NCBI RefSeq assembly: GCF_001457595.1
Contig: NZ_LN831039.1
Location: 960,001 to 992,000, forward strand
DNA from: Mycolicibacterium smegmatis
GTDB lineage: Bacteria; Actinomycetota; Actinomycetes; Mycobacteriales; Mycobacteriaceae
Length of the DNA stretch: 32,000 nucleotides
Direction of reading: 5' to 3'
Positions 1-8,849 of the stretch are shown in pieces. Position 1 is the first letter of the stretch; each line of letters begins with the position of its first letter. The position numbers and the translations under genes were made by a program. The notes under the pieces were generated by a model. The model was not told where the DNA came from and did not search any database. It saw only the letters and a program-made list of their open reading frames with translations.

Positions 1-412
1 CGACGTCGTGCAGTTCCCGCGCGTCGGCGCACACCAGCTCCAGCACCACCGGGTACGGGCCCGTTGTCGATGTGACGTAGTCGGTTTCCGGTAGCTGCGC
101 GAGCCCGGCCGCCAGATCGACCGGGGACCGGGTGCCGTCCGTGGTCACCAGTGCCAGGGCCAATGAGCCGAACCCGAGCAGCGCGGGGTCCGTCACGGCG
201 GCGATCGTCACGAAGTTTTCGTCGATCAGTCGCGAAACGCGTCGGCGCACAGTCTTTTCGGTGACGTCGACGCGACGTGCCAGCTCCGCGTACGGGATCC
301 GGCCGTCCACCTGCAGGTGATGGATCAACTGCAGGTCCAGGGAATCGAGATCGCCGGCCACCGCATCGGACTGCAGCGGCCGATTCCCGTACGACTCCGG
401 TGGCGATGGCAT
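1..412 (-). CDS. Lrp/AsnC family transcriptional regulator (partial, C-terminus outside window)
   Basis: Minus-strand translation from ATG at 412: MPSPPESYGNRPLQSDAVAGDLDSLDLQLIHHLQVDGRIPYAELARRVDVTEKTVRRRVSRLIDENFVTI..., a typical AsnC wHTH; frame stays open to position 1. Confidence 0.85.
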   Translation of the reverse strand, partial: MPSPPESYGNRPLQSDAVAGDLDSLDLQLIHHLQVDGRIPYAELARRVDVTEKTVRRRVSRLIDENFVTIAAVTDPALLGFGSLALALVTTDGTRSPVDLAAGLAQLPETDYVTSTTGPYPVVLELVCADARELHDV

Positions 413-508
413 GCACAGAGGTTACTAGCCTTGCGGTGACCGCTCGATCCGTCGCGAACCGTCTCGGGACGCATTGACCTGCGCGCGGCCAGGGACCATC
501 CTGGCCGC

Positions 509-1135
509 ATGACGGTCACCCCGATGTTCCCGCTCGAAGTGGCGATGCTGCCGGGCGAGGAACTTCCGCTGAGGATCTTCGAACCCCGGTATCTGGCACT
601 GGTCAGCGACTGCATGGCCATGCCGGAACCGGCGTTCGGGGTGGTGCTGATCTCGGCCGGGCGCGAGGTGGGTGGCGGTGACAGGCGATGCGACATCGGG
701 GCGCTGGCGCGGATCATCGACTGCCAGAACCTCGGCGCCGACCGGTACCGGCTGGCGTGCGTGCTCGGCGAGCGCATCCGGGTGCTGCAGTGGCTCGACG
801 ACGCGCCCTACCCGCGCGCCGACCTCGAGCCGTGGCCCGACGAACCGGGTGAGCCCGTCGAGGAGTCGGAGGTGGCCGCCGTCGAGGAACGCATCGTCGC
901 GTTGTTCGACCTGATCGGGGAGGCCAGCGGGAAACCCGTGCCCAGCCGTGACATCGTCGCCGCTGCCGGTCTGGACCCCGAGAATCGGCTGTATGCGCTG
1001 GCAGCGCGCGTGCCGATGGGTCAGGCCGACCGCTACTCGGTGCTGTCTGCGCCCACCGAGGCCGCGCGTCTGGCAGCCCTGAGCGAAGCCGTCGACACTG
1101 TCACCGCGATGGTCGAGTTCCAGATTTCCGAATAG
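509..1135 (+). CDS. LON peptidase substrate-binding domain-containing protein (208 aa, no protease domain)
   Basis: MTVTPMFPLEVAMLPGEELPLRIFEPRYLALVSDC... has the FPL-x(n)-P-G-x(3)-L-x-IFEPRY signature of LON_substr_bdg proteins. Confidence 0.85.
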   Translation: MTVTPMFPLEVAMLPGEELPLRIFEPRYLALVSDCMAMPEPAFGVVLISAGREVGGGDRRCDIGALARIIDCQNLGADRYRLACVLGERIRVLQWLDDAPYPRADLEPWPDEPGEPVEESEVAAVEERIVALFDLIGEASGKPVPSRDIVAAAGLDPENRLYALAARVPMGQADRYSVLSAPTEAARLAALSEAVDTVTAMVEFQISE

Positions 1136-1171
1136 AGCGAATAGATCGACCGTTCGCAGCGTTAACTATTG

Positions 1172-1227
1172 CGAGTGTGAAACCTCTGCGATTTTTTGGC
1201 GATTTATTCGCAGAGGTTTCGCACTCG
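1172..1227. repeat. Hairpin repeat, family I copy 1; possible terminator for the upstream + gene
   Basis: Left arm 1172-1191 CGAGTGTGAAACCTCTGCGA, right arm 1208-1227 TCGCAGAGGTTTCGCACTCG (19/20 pairing), 16-nt loop; followed on + by TCTTTTT at 1228-1234. Confidence 0.85.
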
Positions 1228-1249
1228 TCTTTTTGGCCGCTGACCTCCG

Positions 1250-1305
1250 CGAGTGTGAAGCCTGTGCGAGAAAACCGCAGAAATCTCGCTGAGGATTCAC
1301 AATCG
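1250..1305. repeat. Hairpin repeat, family I copy 2 (degenerate)
   Basis: Left arm 1250-1270 CGAGTGTGAAGCCTGTGCGAG resembles copy 1; right arm 1285-1305 CTCGCTGAGGATTCACAATCG pairs at 17/21 positions. Confidence 0.65.
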
Positions 1306-1320
1306 CGGACACGTGAAGCG

Positions 1321-1674
1321 TCAGCGCCGCCGGTGCGGGTCGGTTTCGCCGAGTTCGGCCATCTCGTCGCGGGTCAGCAGGTCGTCGCGGATGTTCTGCT
1401 CGCGGTAGGCGAGCTGGCCGACGCGGTTGGCGATCACCGGCGCGGTGATGATCGTGAACACCCCGGCGAGCACCAGCATGCCGACGTCGGCGTTGCCGCG
1501 CAGCCGGATCATCGCGCCCGCGATCACCAGCAGCAGGCCCAGCACCTGCGGCTTGGTGGCCGCGTGCATGCGCGACAAGGTGTCGGGAAAGCGGACGATG
1601 CCGATGGCCGCGGTCAGGGCCAGGGTCGAGCCACCGAGGATGAGAACTCCGGTGATGATGTCGGGGATGTTCAC
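1321..1674 (-). CDS. mnhG: Na+/H+ (monovalent cation/proton) antiporter subunit G
   Basis: GTG start at 1674; VNIPDIITGVLILGGSTLALTAAIGIVRFPDTLSRMHAATKPQVLGLLLVIAG..., MnhG signature; last gene of a syntenic mnh operon. Confidence 0.93.
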   Translation of the reverse strand: MNIPDIITGVLILGGSTLALTAAIGIVRFPDTLSRMHAATKPQVLGLLLVIAGAMIRLRGNADVGMLVLAGVFTIITAPVIANRVGQLAYREQNIRDDLLTRDEMAELGETDPHRRR

Positions 1675-1961
1675 GGTTTCCTCCGCCGCGGTGGGAGGGG
1701 CTCGTCGGTGTCGGGCACGCGGAAGCGTGCGACGCTGACCGAGCCGACGAAGCTGATCAGCGCCAGCGCGGTCATGCTGTAGGTAACGGTGGTGTCGAGG
1801 CTGAACGCGGCCCACGTGCCGATCGAGCACAACGTGACCGCCACCAGGGTGTCGAGCGCGACCAGACGGTCCAGCGTGCTCGGACCGGCCAGCAGCCGGA
1901 ACATCGTGACCGCGGCGGCCGCGGTCAGCATCACCGCGGCGATACCCCAAACCCAGTTCAC
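1671..1961 (-). CDS. mnhF: Monovalent cation/proton antiporter subunit F
   Basis: MNWVWGIAAVMLTAAAAVTMFRLLAGPSTLDRLVALDTLVAVTLCSIGTWAAF...; overlaps neighbours by 4 bp. Confidence 0.93.
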   Translation of the reverse strand: MNWVWGIAAVMLTAAAAVTMFRLLAGPSTLDRLVALDTLVAVTLCSIGTWAAFSLDTTVTYSMTALALISFVGSVSVARFRVPDTDEPLPPRRRKP

Positions 1962-2497
1962 GAGGCGTCCACCTCCTTCTCCGCTGACGGCTGCCAGTCG
2001 GCGTCACGCTCGAACGTTTTCACGAGCAACCGCTGCAACTGGTCGACCTGGGTGTAGAACCGGTTGACGGCACGATCGGATCCCACGTCGAGCACGTGCA
2101 CGTAGATCATCCGCCTCGTCTGGTCGATCTCCAGCGCGATGGTGCCGGGGGTCAGGTTGATGATGTTGACGGCAAGCGCCAGAACGAGATCCGATTTGAC
2201 CGCCAGATGGACCCGCAGAACCGCGGTCAGCGGCGGCGGGCCGGGTCGCACCGCGAGCCACGCCACCTGCACCGAGGACGAGAGTAGCTGGAAGATCACC
2301 CAGGCAACGAGTTTCAGAAGCGACAGTGGGTGGAGCCTGCCTTCCACCGGAACCGGAGGCAGGGGCAGCAGCACCGTGATCGCGACGGCGATGATCGTGC
2401 CGCCGACGATGTTGGCCGGCGACAGATCGCCCCACAGCAGAACCCAGACCAGCACCAAAAAGCACAGGACCCAGGCCCGAAGCAGCAGACGTCTCAT
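1958..2497 (-). CDS. mnhE: Monovalent cation/proton antiporter subunit E
   Basis: 179 aa; ...NIVGGTIIAVAITVLLPLPP..., NIINLTPGTIALEIDQTRRMIYVHVLDV, MnhE signature. Confidence 0.93.
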   Translation of the reverse strand: MRRLLLRAWVLCFLVLVWVLLWGDLSPANIVGGTIIAVAITVLLPLPPVPVEGRLHPLSLLKLVAWVIFQLLSSSVQVAWLAVRPGPPPLTAVLRVHLAVKSDLVLALAVNIINLTPGTIALEIDQTRRMIYVHVLDVGSDRAVNRFYTQVDQLQRLLVKTFERDADWQPSAEKEVDAS

Positions 2498-4089
2498 CGT
2501 GGCTCTCCCAGCACGGCGGTGATGTACTGCCCGCGGTCGATCACCTCGGCCGCCGCGCGCTCACTGAACGCGAAGATCGGCCCGGCCGCGACGGTGAGCA
2601 CCAGGCCCACCACGATCAGTGCGGCGGTGGGGATGAGCATGCCGATGGGCATGCGTCCCACGCCTTCCCGATCGGCGTACTCGATGTCCTCACCGTCGTC
2701 GAGCAGCACGGCGGGTGCGGCCTGCGAAAGATGCCCCTCGGGTGCGTCGGCGCGCGTGCGCCAGAACGCCTTCGTCCACACCCGGGCGACGACGTACAAC
2801 GTCAGCAGGCTGGTCACGACGCCGCCGGCCACCAGGGTCCAGGCGAGGGCCGAGCCGTTCGCGGCGCCGGCCTCCATGAGCGCGATCTTGCCGATGAAGC
2901 CCGAGAACGGCGGGATGCCACCGAGGTTGAGCGCCGGGACCACCCACACGAACGCCAGCACCGGGCTGGCGGCGGCCAGGCCGCCGAGGCGCTGCAGGGT
3001 CGACGCACCTGCCTGCCGTTCGATGAGCCCCACCACCAGGAACAGCGTCGTCTGCACCACGATGTGGTGGGCGACGTAGTAGATGGCGCCGGCCATGCCC
3101 AGCTCGTTGCCCAACGCGATGCCGAACACCATGTAGCCGATGTGACTGACGAGCGTGAACGACAACAGACGCTTGATGTCGCTCTGCGCGATGGCACCCA
3201 GGATGCCGATCACCATCGTCAGCAGACCCGCCACCAGCAGCACCGAGTCCAGACCGCCGTCGGGGAACAGCAGCGAGTGCGCCCGGATGATCGCGTACAC
3301 ACCGACTTTCGTCAGCAATCCGGCGAACACCGCGGTGACCGGTGCGGGAGCGGTGGGGTAGGAGTCGGGCAACCACGCCGACAGGGGGAACACCGCGGCC
3401 TTGATGCCGAACGCCACCAGCAGCACCGCGAAGATCGCCGTGCGGGTGCCGGGTGGAAGGTCGGTGAGGCGCACGCCCAGTTCGGCCAGGTTCAGCGTGC
3501 CCGTGGACGCGTACACCAGCGCGATGCCGATGAGGAAGATCATCGACGACACCATCGACACCAGCACGTAGGAGATGCCGGCGCGGACACGGTCGGCGCT
3601 CGCGCCGATGGTCAGCAGCACGAAGCTCGCGGCGAGCAGCACCTCGAACCCGACGAACAGGTTGAACAGGTCACCTGCGAGGAACGCGGTGTACACACCC
3701 GCCGACAGCACCAGGTACGTCGGCATGAAGATCGACACGGGCTGGCGCTCGTCGCCGTCGCGGATACCCTGACCGATGGCGTACACGACCACCGCCAGCA
3801 GCACGATCGACGACACCACGAGCATCAGCGCCGACAAGCGGTCCACCACGAGCGTGATGCCCAGCGGCCCCATGCCGGGGATGGCCTGATCCCATCCGCC
3901 GACATGCAGGACCAGCGTGCCGTCCCGGTCGGACAGGTACAGCAGTACACCACACACCGCGACGACGGCGGTCAGCGCGATCTGGGCGATGGCCCGCTGC
4001 AGGTGCGGACGCCTGCCCGCGATGAGCGTCGCCGCTGCCGCCAGGGTGGGGATCAGCACCGGCAACGGGATGAGGGTCTGCACCATCAC
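2494..4089 (-). CDS. mnhD: Monovalent cation/proton antiporter subunit D
   Basis: 531 aa Complex-I-like antiporter (SGVYTAFLAGDLFNLFVGFEVLL..., HIGYMVFGIALGNELGMAGAIYYVAHHIVVQTTLFLVVG). Confidence 0.95.
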   Translation of the reverse strand: MMVQTLIPLPVLIPTLAAAATLIAGRRPHLQRAIAQIALTAVVAVCGVLLYLSDRDGTLVLHVGGWDQAIPGMGPLGITLVVDRLSALMLVVSSIVLLAVVVYAIGQGIRDGDERQPVSIFMPTYLVLSAGVYTAFLAGDLFNLFVGFEVLLAASFVLLTIGASADRVRAGISYVLVSMVSSMIFLIGIALVYASTGTLNLAELGVRLTDLPPGTRTAIFAVLLVAFGIKAAVFPLSAWLPDSYPTAPAPVTAVFAGLLTKVGVYAIIRAHSLLFPDGGLDSVLLVAGLLTMVIGILGAIAQSDIKRLLSFTLVSHIGYMVFGIALGNELGMAGAIYYVAHHIVVQTTLFLVVGLIERQAGASTLQRLGGLAAASPVLAFVWVVPALNLGGIPPFSGFIGKIALMEAGAANGSALAWTLVAGGVVTSLLTLYVVARVWTKAFWRTRADAPEGHLSQAAPAVLLDDGEDIEYADREGVGRMPIGMLIPTAALIVVGLVLTVAAGPIFAFSERAAAEVIDRGQYITAVLGEPR

Positions 4090-4553
4090 TTGGAACCCTC
4101 GAATCCGGGCAGGGCGTCGAGCTCGTCGGGAGCATCGGTGTCGCGGCTGGCATCGGGCTTGGGGATGTCGTCCTCGTCTTCGTCCTCGTCGACGACCTTG
4201 AGGGACACGCGGGTGTCCTCGGGGTCGTTGCTGACTTCTTCGATCGTGGTCAAGCGGTACGAGCGATAGGCGAGTGCGAGCACGAACGCCGCGATACCCA
4301 TGCTGATCACGATGGCCGTCAGGATCATGCCCTGCGCCAGGGGATCTGCCGTCGCTTCGGAGCCGTTGCTGGTGCGCCCACGGATCGGGGGGTTACCCGA
4401 TGCGCCGCCGACGGTGAGGATCAGCAGGTTCACGGCATTGCCGATCAGCAACAGCCCCAGCAGCATTCGGGTCAGGTTGCGTTCCAGCAGCAGGTAGACG
4501 CCGGTGCTGGTGAGTCCGCCGATCATGATGAGCGGGACGATGTAAGTGGTCAT
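4086..4553 (-). CDS. mnhC: Monovalent cation/proton antiporter subunit C (NuoK-like)
   Basis: 155 aa; LLLERNLTRMLLGLLLIGNAVNLLILTVGG and LAQGMILTAIVISMGIAAFVLALAYRSYR. Confidence 0.93.
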   Translation of the reverse strand: MTTYIVPLIMIGGLTSTGVYLLLERNLTRMLLGLLLIGNAVNLLILTVGGASGNPPIRGRTSNGSEATADPLAQGMILTAIVISMGIAAFVLALAYRSYRLTTIEEVSNDPEDTRVSLKVVDEDEDEDDIPKPDASRDTDAPDELDALPGFEGSK

Positions 4554-7432
4554 CAGGCCGCCGCCTTCTGGGGTTGGCCGGACTCGGCGAGTTCGACGTC
4601 GACCCGCGCGCCGAGGCTGCGCAGCACGTCGAGCACCAGGCCGACGACGATCAGGTACACGCCGAGGTCGAAGAACAGCGCCGTCACGAACTTGATCGGG
4701 CCGATCACCGGCACGTCGAGCTGCACCACGGCCGACGACAACGCGGGCGCGCCGAGCAGAAGCGACGCCACCGCGGTACCGGCCGACAACCCGAGCCCGG
4801 TGCCGAGGATCTTCCCGGCGTCCAGCGGCAGCGTCTCACCCAGCTCGTAGCGGCCGCCGGCGAGGTAGCGCAGCACCAACGCGAGGCCCGCGACCAGGCC
4901 GCCCGCGAATCCCCCGCCGGGGGTGTTGTGGCCGGCGAAGAAGAAGTACGCCGAGAGCACCATGATCAGCGGGAAGATGAGCCGCGTCGCCACCTCCAGG
5001 ATCAACGACCGGTGCCGAGGATCGCGCAGCTCGCTGCCGCGCAGCCACGTCACGTCGCCCGCGGCGGGGCTGTACGCCGCCACCGGCCCGATGTCGGGCT
5101 GGCCCACCGCGGTGCTGACGCGCGGCGCCGCACCGAACCGGCGATGACGGAACACCAGCGACGCGACCCCGGTCGCCGCCACCAGCAGCACCATGACCTC
5201 GCCCATGGTGTCCCACGCGCGGATGTCGACCAGCAGGACGTTGACGGTGTTGGAACCGTGGCCGCGGTAGTACGCGGCGTCGGGCAGCAGCACGGCGACA
5301 CCGGGCCCGGTGCGCGCGGCCATCGCGTAGACCGTCAGCGTGGTGACGGCCGCGCCGACCGAGAGCGCGAGCAGCGCACGTGGCAGCCGGTTCTTGTTGA
5401 TGTTGGCGGCGTCGGCCTCGGCGGGCAGGGTCCGCAGCACCAGCACGAAGATCACCAGCACCAGCGTCTCGACCAGGAACTGCGTCAACGCCAGATCGGG
5501 TGCGCCGTGGAACGCGAAGATCGCGCCGCAGCCGTACCCGGTGACACCGACCAGCAGCACCGCGGCCAGGCGGTTGCGCATGACCGTCGCGCCCAGCGCC
5601 GCGGCCAGCATCAGTAGCCCGACCACCACCTGCAGCGGCGAATCCCACAACTGCAGGTCGGGACGGTTGTGCGCGCCGAGCACCAGCGCCGCGGTGGGGA
5701 ACAGAACCAGGGTCAGCAGGATCACCGACTGCGTGGCGGGAAGCGAACCGCGTTGCGTCGACGCCGTCAGTCGCAGCGACACCACGTCGAGCCCGCGGAT
5801 CACCGCGTCGTAGATGCGGTCGGCGTTGCCCAGCGGCAGGAAACCGGACTTGGCCTTGGGCAGCCGGTGGCGGACGAGGAACACCGTGAAACCGGTCGCC
5901 AGCACCACGATCGACAACAGCAGCGGCAGGCCCACACCGTGCCACAGCGCGAGGTGGTAGGTGGATCCGCCTGGGACGGTGTCGGCGTAGTCCTCGAGCA
6001 CCGCGTCCAGACCCTTGGGCCACAACCCGAACACCAGGCCCGCCGCCGACAGGATGGCCGGGGCGAGCAGGAAGTTCACCGGGGGACGGTGCATCTCCGC
6101 GACGCGGACACTGGGGCCGGACAGTCCTTTCCCGGCGAACGCGCCCCACAGGAACCGCAGGCTGTAGATGGTGGTGAACACCGAGCCGACCACGATGCCG
6201 GTCAGCACGTACGGCGCGGCCGTGCCGAGGGCCGGGCTGTGCAGGACGGTCTCCAGGTCGGCTTCCTTGGCCACGAAACCGAAGAACGGCGGCAGCGCGG
6301 CCATGCTCGCCACCGCGCCGAGCGCGATGATCAGCAACGGCCGGTGCGCGCGGCCCAGCCCGGCCAGGCGCCGGATGTCGCGGGTGCCGGTGGCGTGGTC
6401 GATGACGCCCACCACCATGAACAGCGACGCCTTGAACATCGCGTGCGCGATCAGCATCGCCAGACCCGCGAGCATCATGTCGGGCCCGCCCGCGCCGACC
6501 ATCACCGTGATCAGGCCGAGCTGGCTGACCGTGCCGAACGCCAGGATGAGCTTGAGGTCGTATTCGCGCACCGCGCGCCACCCGGCCAGCAGCATCGTGA
6601 GCAGACCGAGCCCGATCACCATGGGACGCCAGAAGGCCGTGTCGGCGAATCCGGGGGTCATCCGCGCGATCAGGTACACACCGGCCTTCACCATGGCCGC
6701 GGCGTGCAGATACGCGCTGACCGGGGTGGGTGCGGCCATGGCACCCGGGAGCCAGAAGTGCATGGGCACGATGGCCGATTTCGACAGCGCGCCGATCAGG
6801 ATCAGCGCGATACCGACCGAGGCCGCGGTGCCCGTCGGCGGGGCGGCGATCAGCTCTGAGAGCAGGTATGTGCCGGCCATGTTGCCCAGCACGACGATGC
6901 CCGTCAGCATCGCCAGGCCGCCGAACGTCGTCACCAACAGCGCCTGGGTGGCGGCGCGGCGGCTGGTGGCGCGCTCGGCGTAGTGGCCGACCAGCAGGAA
7001 CGACAGCACCGTGGTGGTTTCCCAGAAGATGTAGAGCACCAGCATGTTGTCGCTGACCACCAGGCCGAACATCGCGCCCGAGAACGCGACCAGTTCAGCG
7101 GCGAAGCTGGGCAGCCGCTTCTCCATGCGACCGTCGTGGTGGTGGAAGTAGTGCGCGCAGTAGAAGAGCACCAGCGCGCCGATGGCGAGCACCAGCACGC
7201 TCATGATCGCCGCAAGCGAATCGAAGCGCAGGGTGAAATCCATCGACAGCTCGGGCACCCAGGACACCTGCACCGTCGGGACGTTGTCCGGACTGGGCCA
7301 GTTCAGCGCTACCCACACCAGTGAGCCGAGGGGCACCAGGGACAGCGGAAAAAACGCCATCCGGCCCCATCTGGCCACCATCAAGGGCGCCAACGCAGTG
7401 GCCACCGCGTGGGCGAGAAGAACGGCGAGCAT
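4553..7432 (-). CDS. mnhA: Monovalent cation/proton antiporter subunit A with fused MnhB-like C-terminus
   Basis: ATG at 7432 (MLAVLLAHAVATALAPLMVARWGR...); NuoL-like core followed by MBH and MnhB-type region (AYFFFAGHNTPGGGFAGGLVAGLALVLRYLAGGRYELG...FDLGVYLIVVGLVLDVLRSLG). No separate mnhB gene is present in the operon. The ORF is open to 7642, but 7432 is the more natural start. Confidence 0.92.
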   Translation of the reverse strand: MLAVLLAHAVATALAPLMVARWGRMAFFPLSLVPLGSLVWVALNWPSPDNVPTVQVSWVPELSMDFTLRFDSLAAIMSVLVLAIGALVLFYCAHYFHHHDGRMEKRLPSFAAELVAFSGAMFGLVVSDNMLVLYIFWETTTVLSFLLVGHYAERATSRRAATQALLVTTFGGLAMLTGIVVLGNMAGTYLLSELIAAPPTGTAASVGIALILIGALSKSAIVPMHFWLPGAMAAPTPVSAYLHAAAMVKAGVYLIARMTPGFADTAFWRPMVIGLGLLTMLLAGWRAVREYDLKLILAFGTVSQLGLITVMVGAGGPDMMLAGLAMLIAHAMFKASLFMVVGVIDHATGTRDIRRLAGLGRAHRPLLIIALGAVASMAALPPFFGFVAKEADLETVLHSPALGTAAPYVLTGIVVGSVFTTIYSLRFLWGAFAGKGLSGPSVRVAEMHRPPVNFLLAPAILSAAGLVFGLWPKGLDAVLEDYADTVPGGSTYHLALWHGVGLPLLLSIVVLATGFTVFLVRHRLPKAKSGFLPLGNADRIYDAVIRGLDVVSLRLTASTQRGSLPATQSVILLTLVLFPTAALVLGAHNRPDLQLWDSPLQVVVGLLMLAAALGATVMRNRLAAVLLVGVTGYGCGAIFAFHGAPDLALTQFLVETLVLVIFVLVLRTLPAEADAANINKNRLPRALLALSVGAAVTTLTVYAMAARTGPGVAVLLPDAAYYRGHGSNTVNVLLVDIRAWDTMGEVMVLLVAATGVASLVFRHRRFGAAPRVSTAVGQPDIGPVAAYSPAAGDVTWLRGSELRDPRHRSLILEVATRLIFPLIMVLSAYFFFAGHNTPGGGFAGGLVAGLALVLRYLAGGRYELGETLPLDAGKILGTGLGLSAGTAVASLLLGAPALSSAVVQLDVPVIGPIKFVTALFFDLGVYLIVVGLVLDVLRSLGARVDVELAESGQPQKAAA

Positions 7433-7888
7433 GGCACTCCGATCGGGTTGGGGTCGGGGTGTCAGCCTTATAGCTATGGGGGTAACTACGGCTTTTGGTT
7501 GAACCCATTCTAAGGGGATGGGCCTGGCTACCATCGGTATGCAGAGACGCTGCCCGGCGGAGGGACGGCTCGCGTGGCAACCGACGGAGTCTTCGTAGTG
7601 GGCGCCTGCCCACCGGCGTGACGCCGACGTGTGAGCCGGCACTCGGCCGCGCGAGGACCGTTTTGCTGGCCGAGCGCACCAGCGCCACGGGCATCACCAG
7701 GGCATTTCCGGTCCACGCGCGCACTTGGAGGTGCTCGGCGGCCGTGGCCTGACCAACGATCTGCCGTCGCGCGGGTTGCCGGTCCCCGAGGTCGCCCCGC
7801 CCGCGGTGTGGTGTTCAAGCTCTCAAAGGTGCCGACCGAATTCGGCATGATCTTGATGGTTCGGCAAAGTGGCTCTCGCCGGCCCGCG

Positions 7889-7946
7889 CCGAGATTGCAC
7901 TGAGGGACAGATTCCGGAGCGAGGTCGTCCCTCAATGCAATCTCGG
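7889..7946. repeat. Hairpin repeat, family II copy A (5' side of the DUF559 gene)
   Basis: CCGAGATTGCACTGAGGGAC (7889-7908) / GTCCCTCAATGCAATCTCGG (7927-7946), arms pair 19/20, 18-nt loop. Ungapped alignment to copy B is 51/58 identical. Confidence 0.93.
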
Positions 7947-7979
7947 TGAATTGTCGGTGCCGGGTGCCAGCATTCCGCC

Positions 7980-8849
7980 ATGGGCGAGGTGGTCATCGGC
8001 GGAGAGGCGTTGGCAAAGGGGCTGGTGACCCGGAACGACCTGCGACACCACTATCGGCGCCTGTTTCCCGGTGTGTATGTGCGCGGCGAGCCGACGCTGC
8101 GGGACCGGACGGTGGGCGCGTGGCTGTGGTCGGGGCGACGTGGGGTGCTCGCGGGCGTTGCCGCGTCCGCACTGCACGGCTCCGCGTGGGTCGATCCCGA
8201 CGTGCCGATCGAGCTGATCTGGCGCAACGGACGCCCGCCCGCCGGGCTGATCGTGCGGAACGAGACGCTCGCGGCTGACGAGGTCATGCGCGTCGCGGGG
8301 TTACCCGTCACCACCCCGGCGCGTACCGCGTTCGATCTGGCCCGCCACCTGCCACGCGACGAGGCCGTCGCCCGCATCGATGCGTTGGCGTGGACCCGCC
8401 GGGTGACCGTCGACGACGTCGCTGCGCTGATCGAGCGGTACCCGGCCGCGCGCGGGATTCGCGCTGCCCGAGCTGTTCTCCGGTTGGTCGACGCGGGGGC
8501 CGACTCACCACGGGAGACCTGGCTGCGGCTGCGGTTGACCGATGCCGGCCTGCCGCCCGACTCCACGCAGATCCCCGTCGTCGACGAGCGCGGCCGCATC
8601 GTGGCGATCCTGGACATGGGGTGGGAGCGCCACCTCGTGGCGGTCAATTATGACGGCGTCTTCCACCAGTCGGACCGCAAGAGGTACGTGCGCGACCTGA
8701 AAACCCTACGGGCGCTCGAAGACCGGGGCTGGATCGTCATCCGTGTGGTCGCCGAGGACGACATCGCCGACGTCATCACCCGCGTGCGACGTGCGCTGCT
8801 GCGCCGTGGCTGGCGCCGAGATTGCAGTGAGGGACAAATTCCGGCGTGA
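7980..8849 (+). CDS. AbiEi-like N-terminal domain + DUF559 (Vsr/PD-(D/E)XK-fold) protein, 289 aa
   Basis: N-terminus GLVTRNDLRHHYRRLFPGVYVRGEPTLRDRTVGAWLWSGRRGVLAGVAASALHG resembles AbiEi-type wHTH; C-terminus SPRETWLRLRLTDAGLP...VAILDMGWERHLVAVNYDGVFHQSDRKRYVRDLKTLRALEDRGWIVIRV resembles DUF559. Confidence 0.8.
   Translation: MGEVVIGGEALAKGLVTRNDLRHHYRRLFPGVYVRGEPTLRDRTVGAWLWSGRRGVLAGVAASALHGSAWVDPDVPIELIWRNGRPPAGLIVRNETLAADEVMRVAGLPVTTPARTAFDLARHLPRDEAVARIDALAWTRRVTVDDVAALIERYPAARGIRAARAVLRLVDAGADSPRETWLRLRLTDAGLPPDSTQIPVVDERGRIVAILDMGWERHLVAVNYDGVFHQSDRKRYVRDLKTLRALEDRGWIVIRVVAEDDIADVITRVRRALLRRGWRRDCSEGQIPA

Noticed and set aside
7490-7630. Possible riboswitch (M-box, SAM, ydaO or cobalamin) before mnhA
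   Set aside because: I could not match the core consensus of any of these on either strand; left as an Rfam check rather than a feature.
7528-7935. 135-aa minus ORF and 90-aa/85-aa plus ORFs in the gap upstream of mnhA
   Set aside because: Mutually overlapping, Arg/Pro-rich, no recognisable motifs, and one starts inside hairpin copy A. The region is treated as non-coding.
7980-8849. Complete AbiE-type toxin-antitoxin system
   Set aside because: Only the AbiEi-like N-terminal domain is present; no AbiEii nucleotidyltransferase toxin gene is adjacent.
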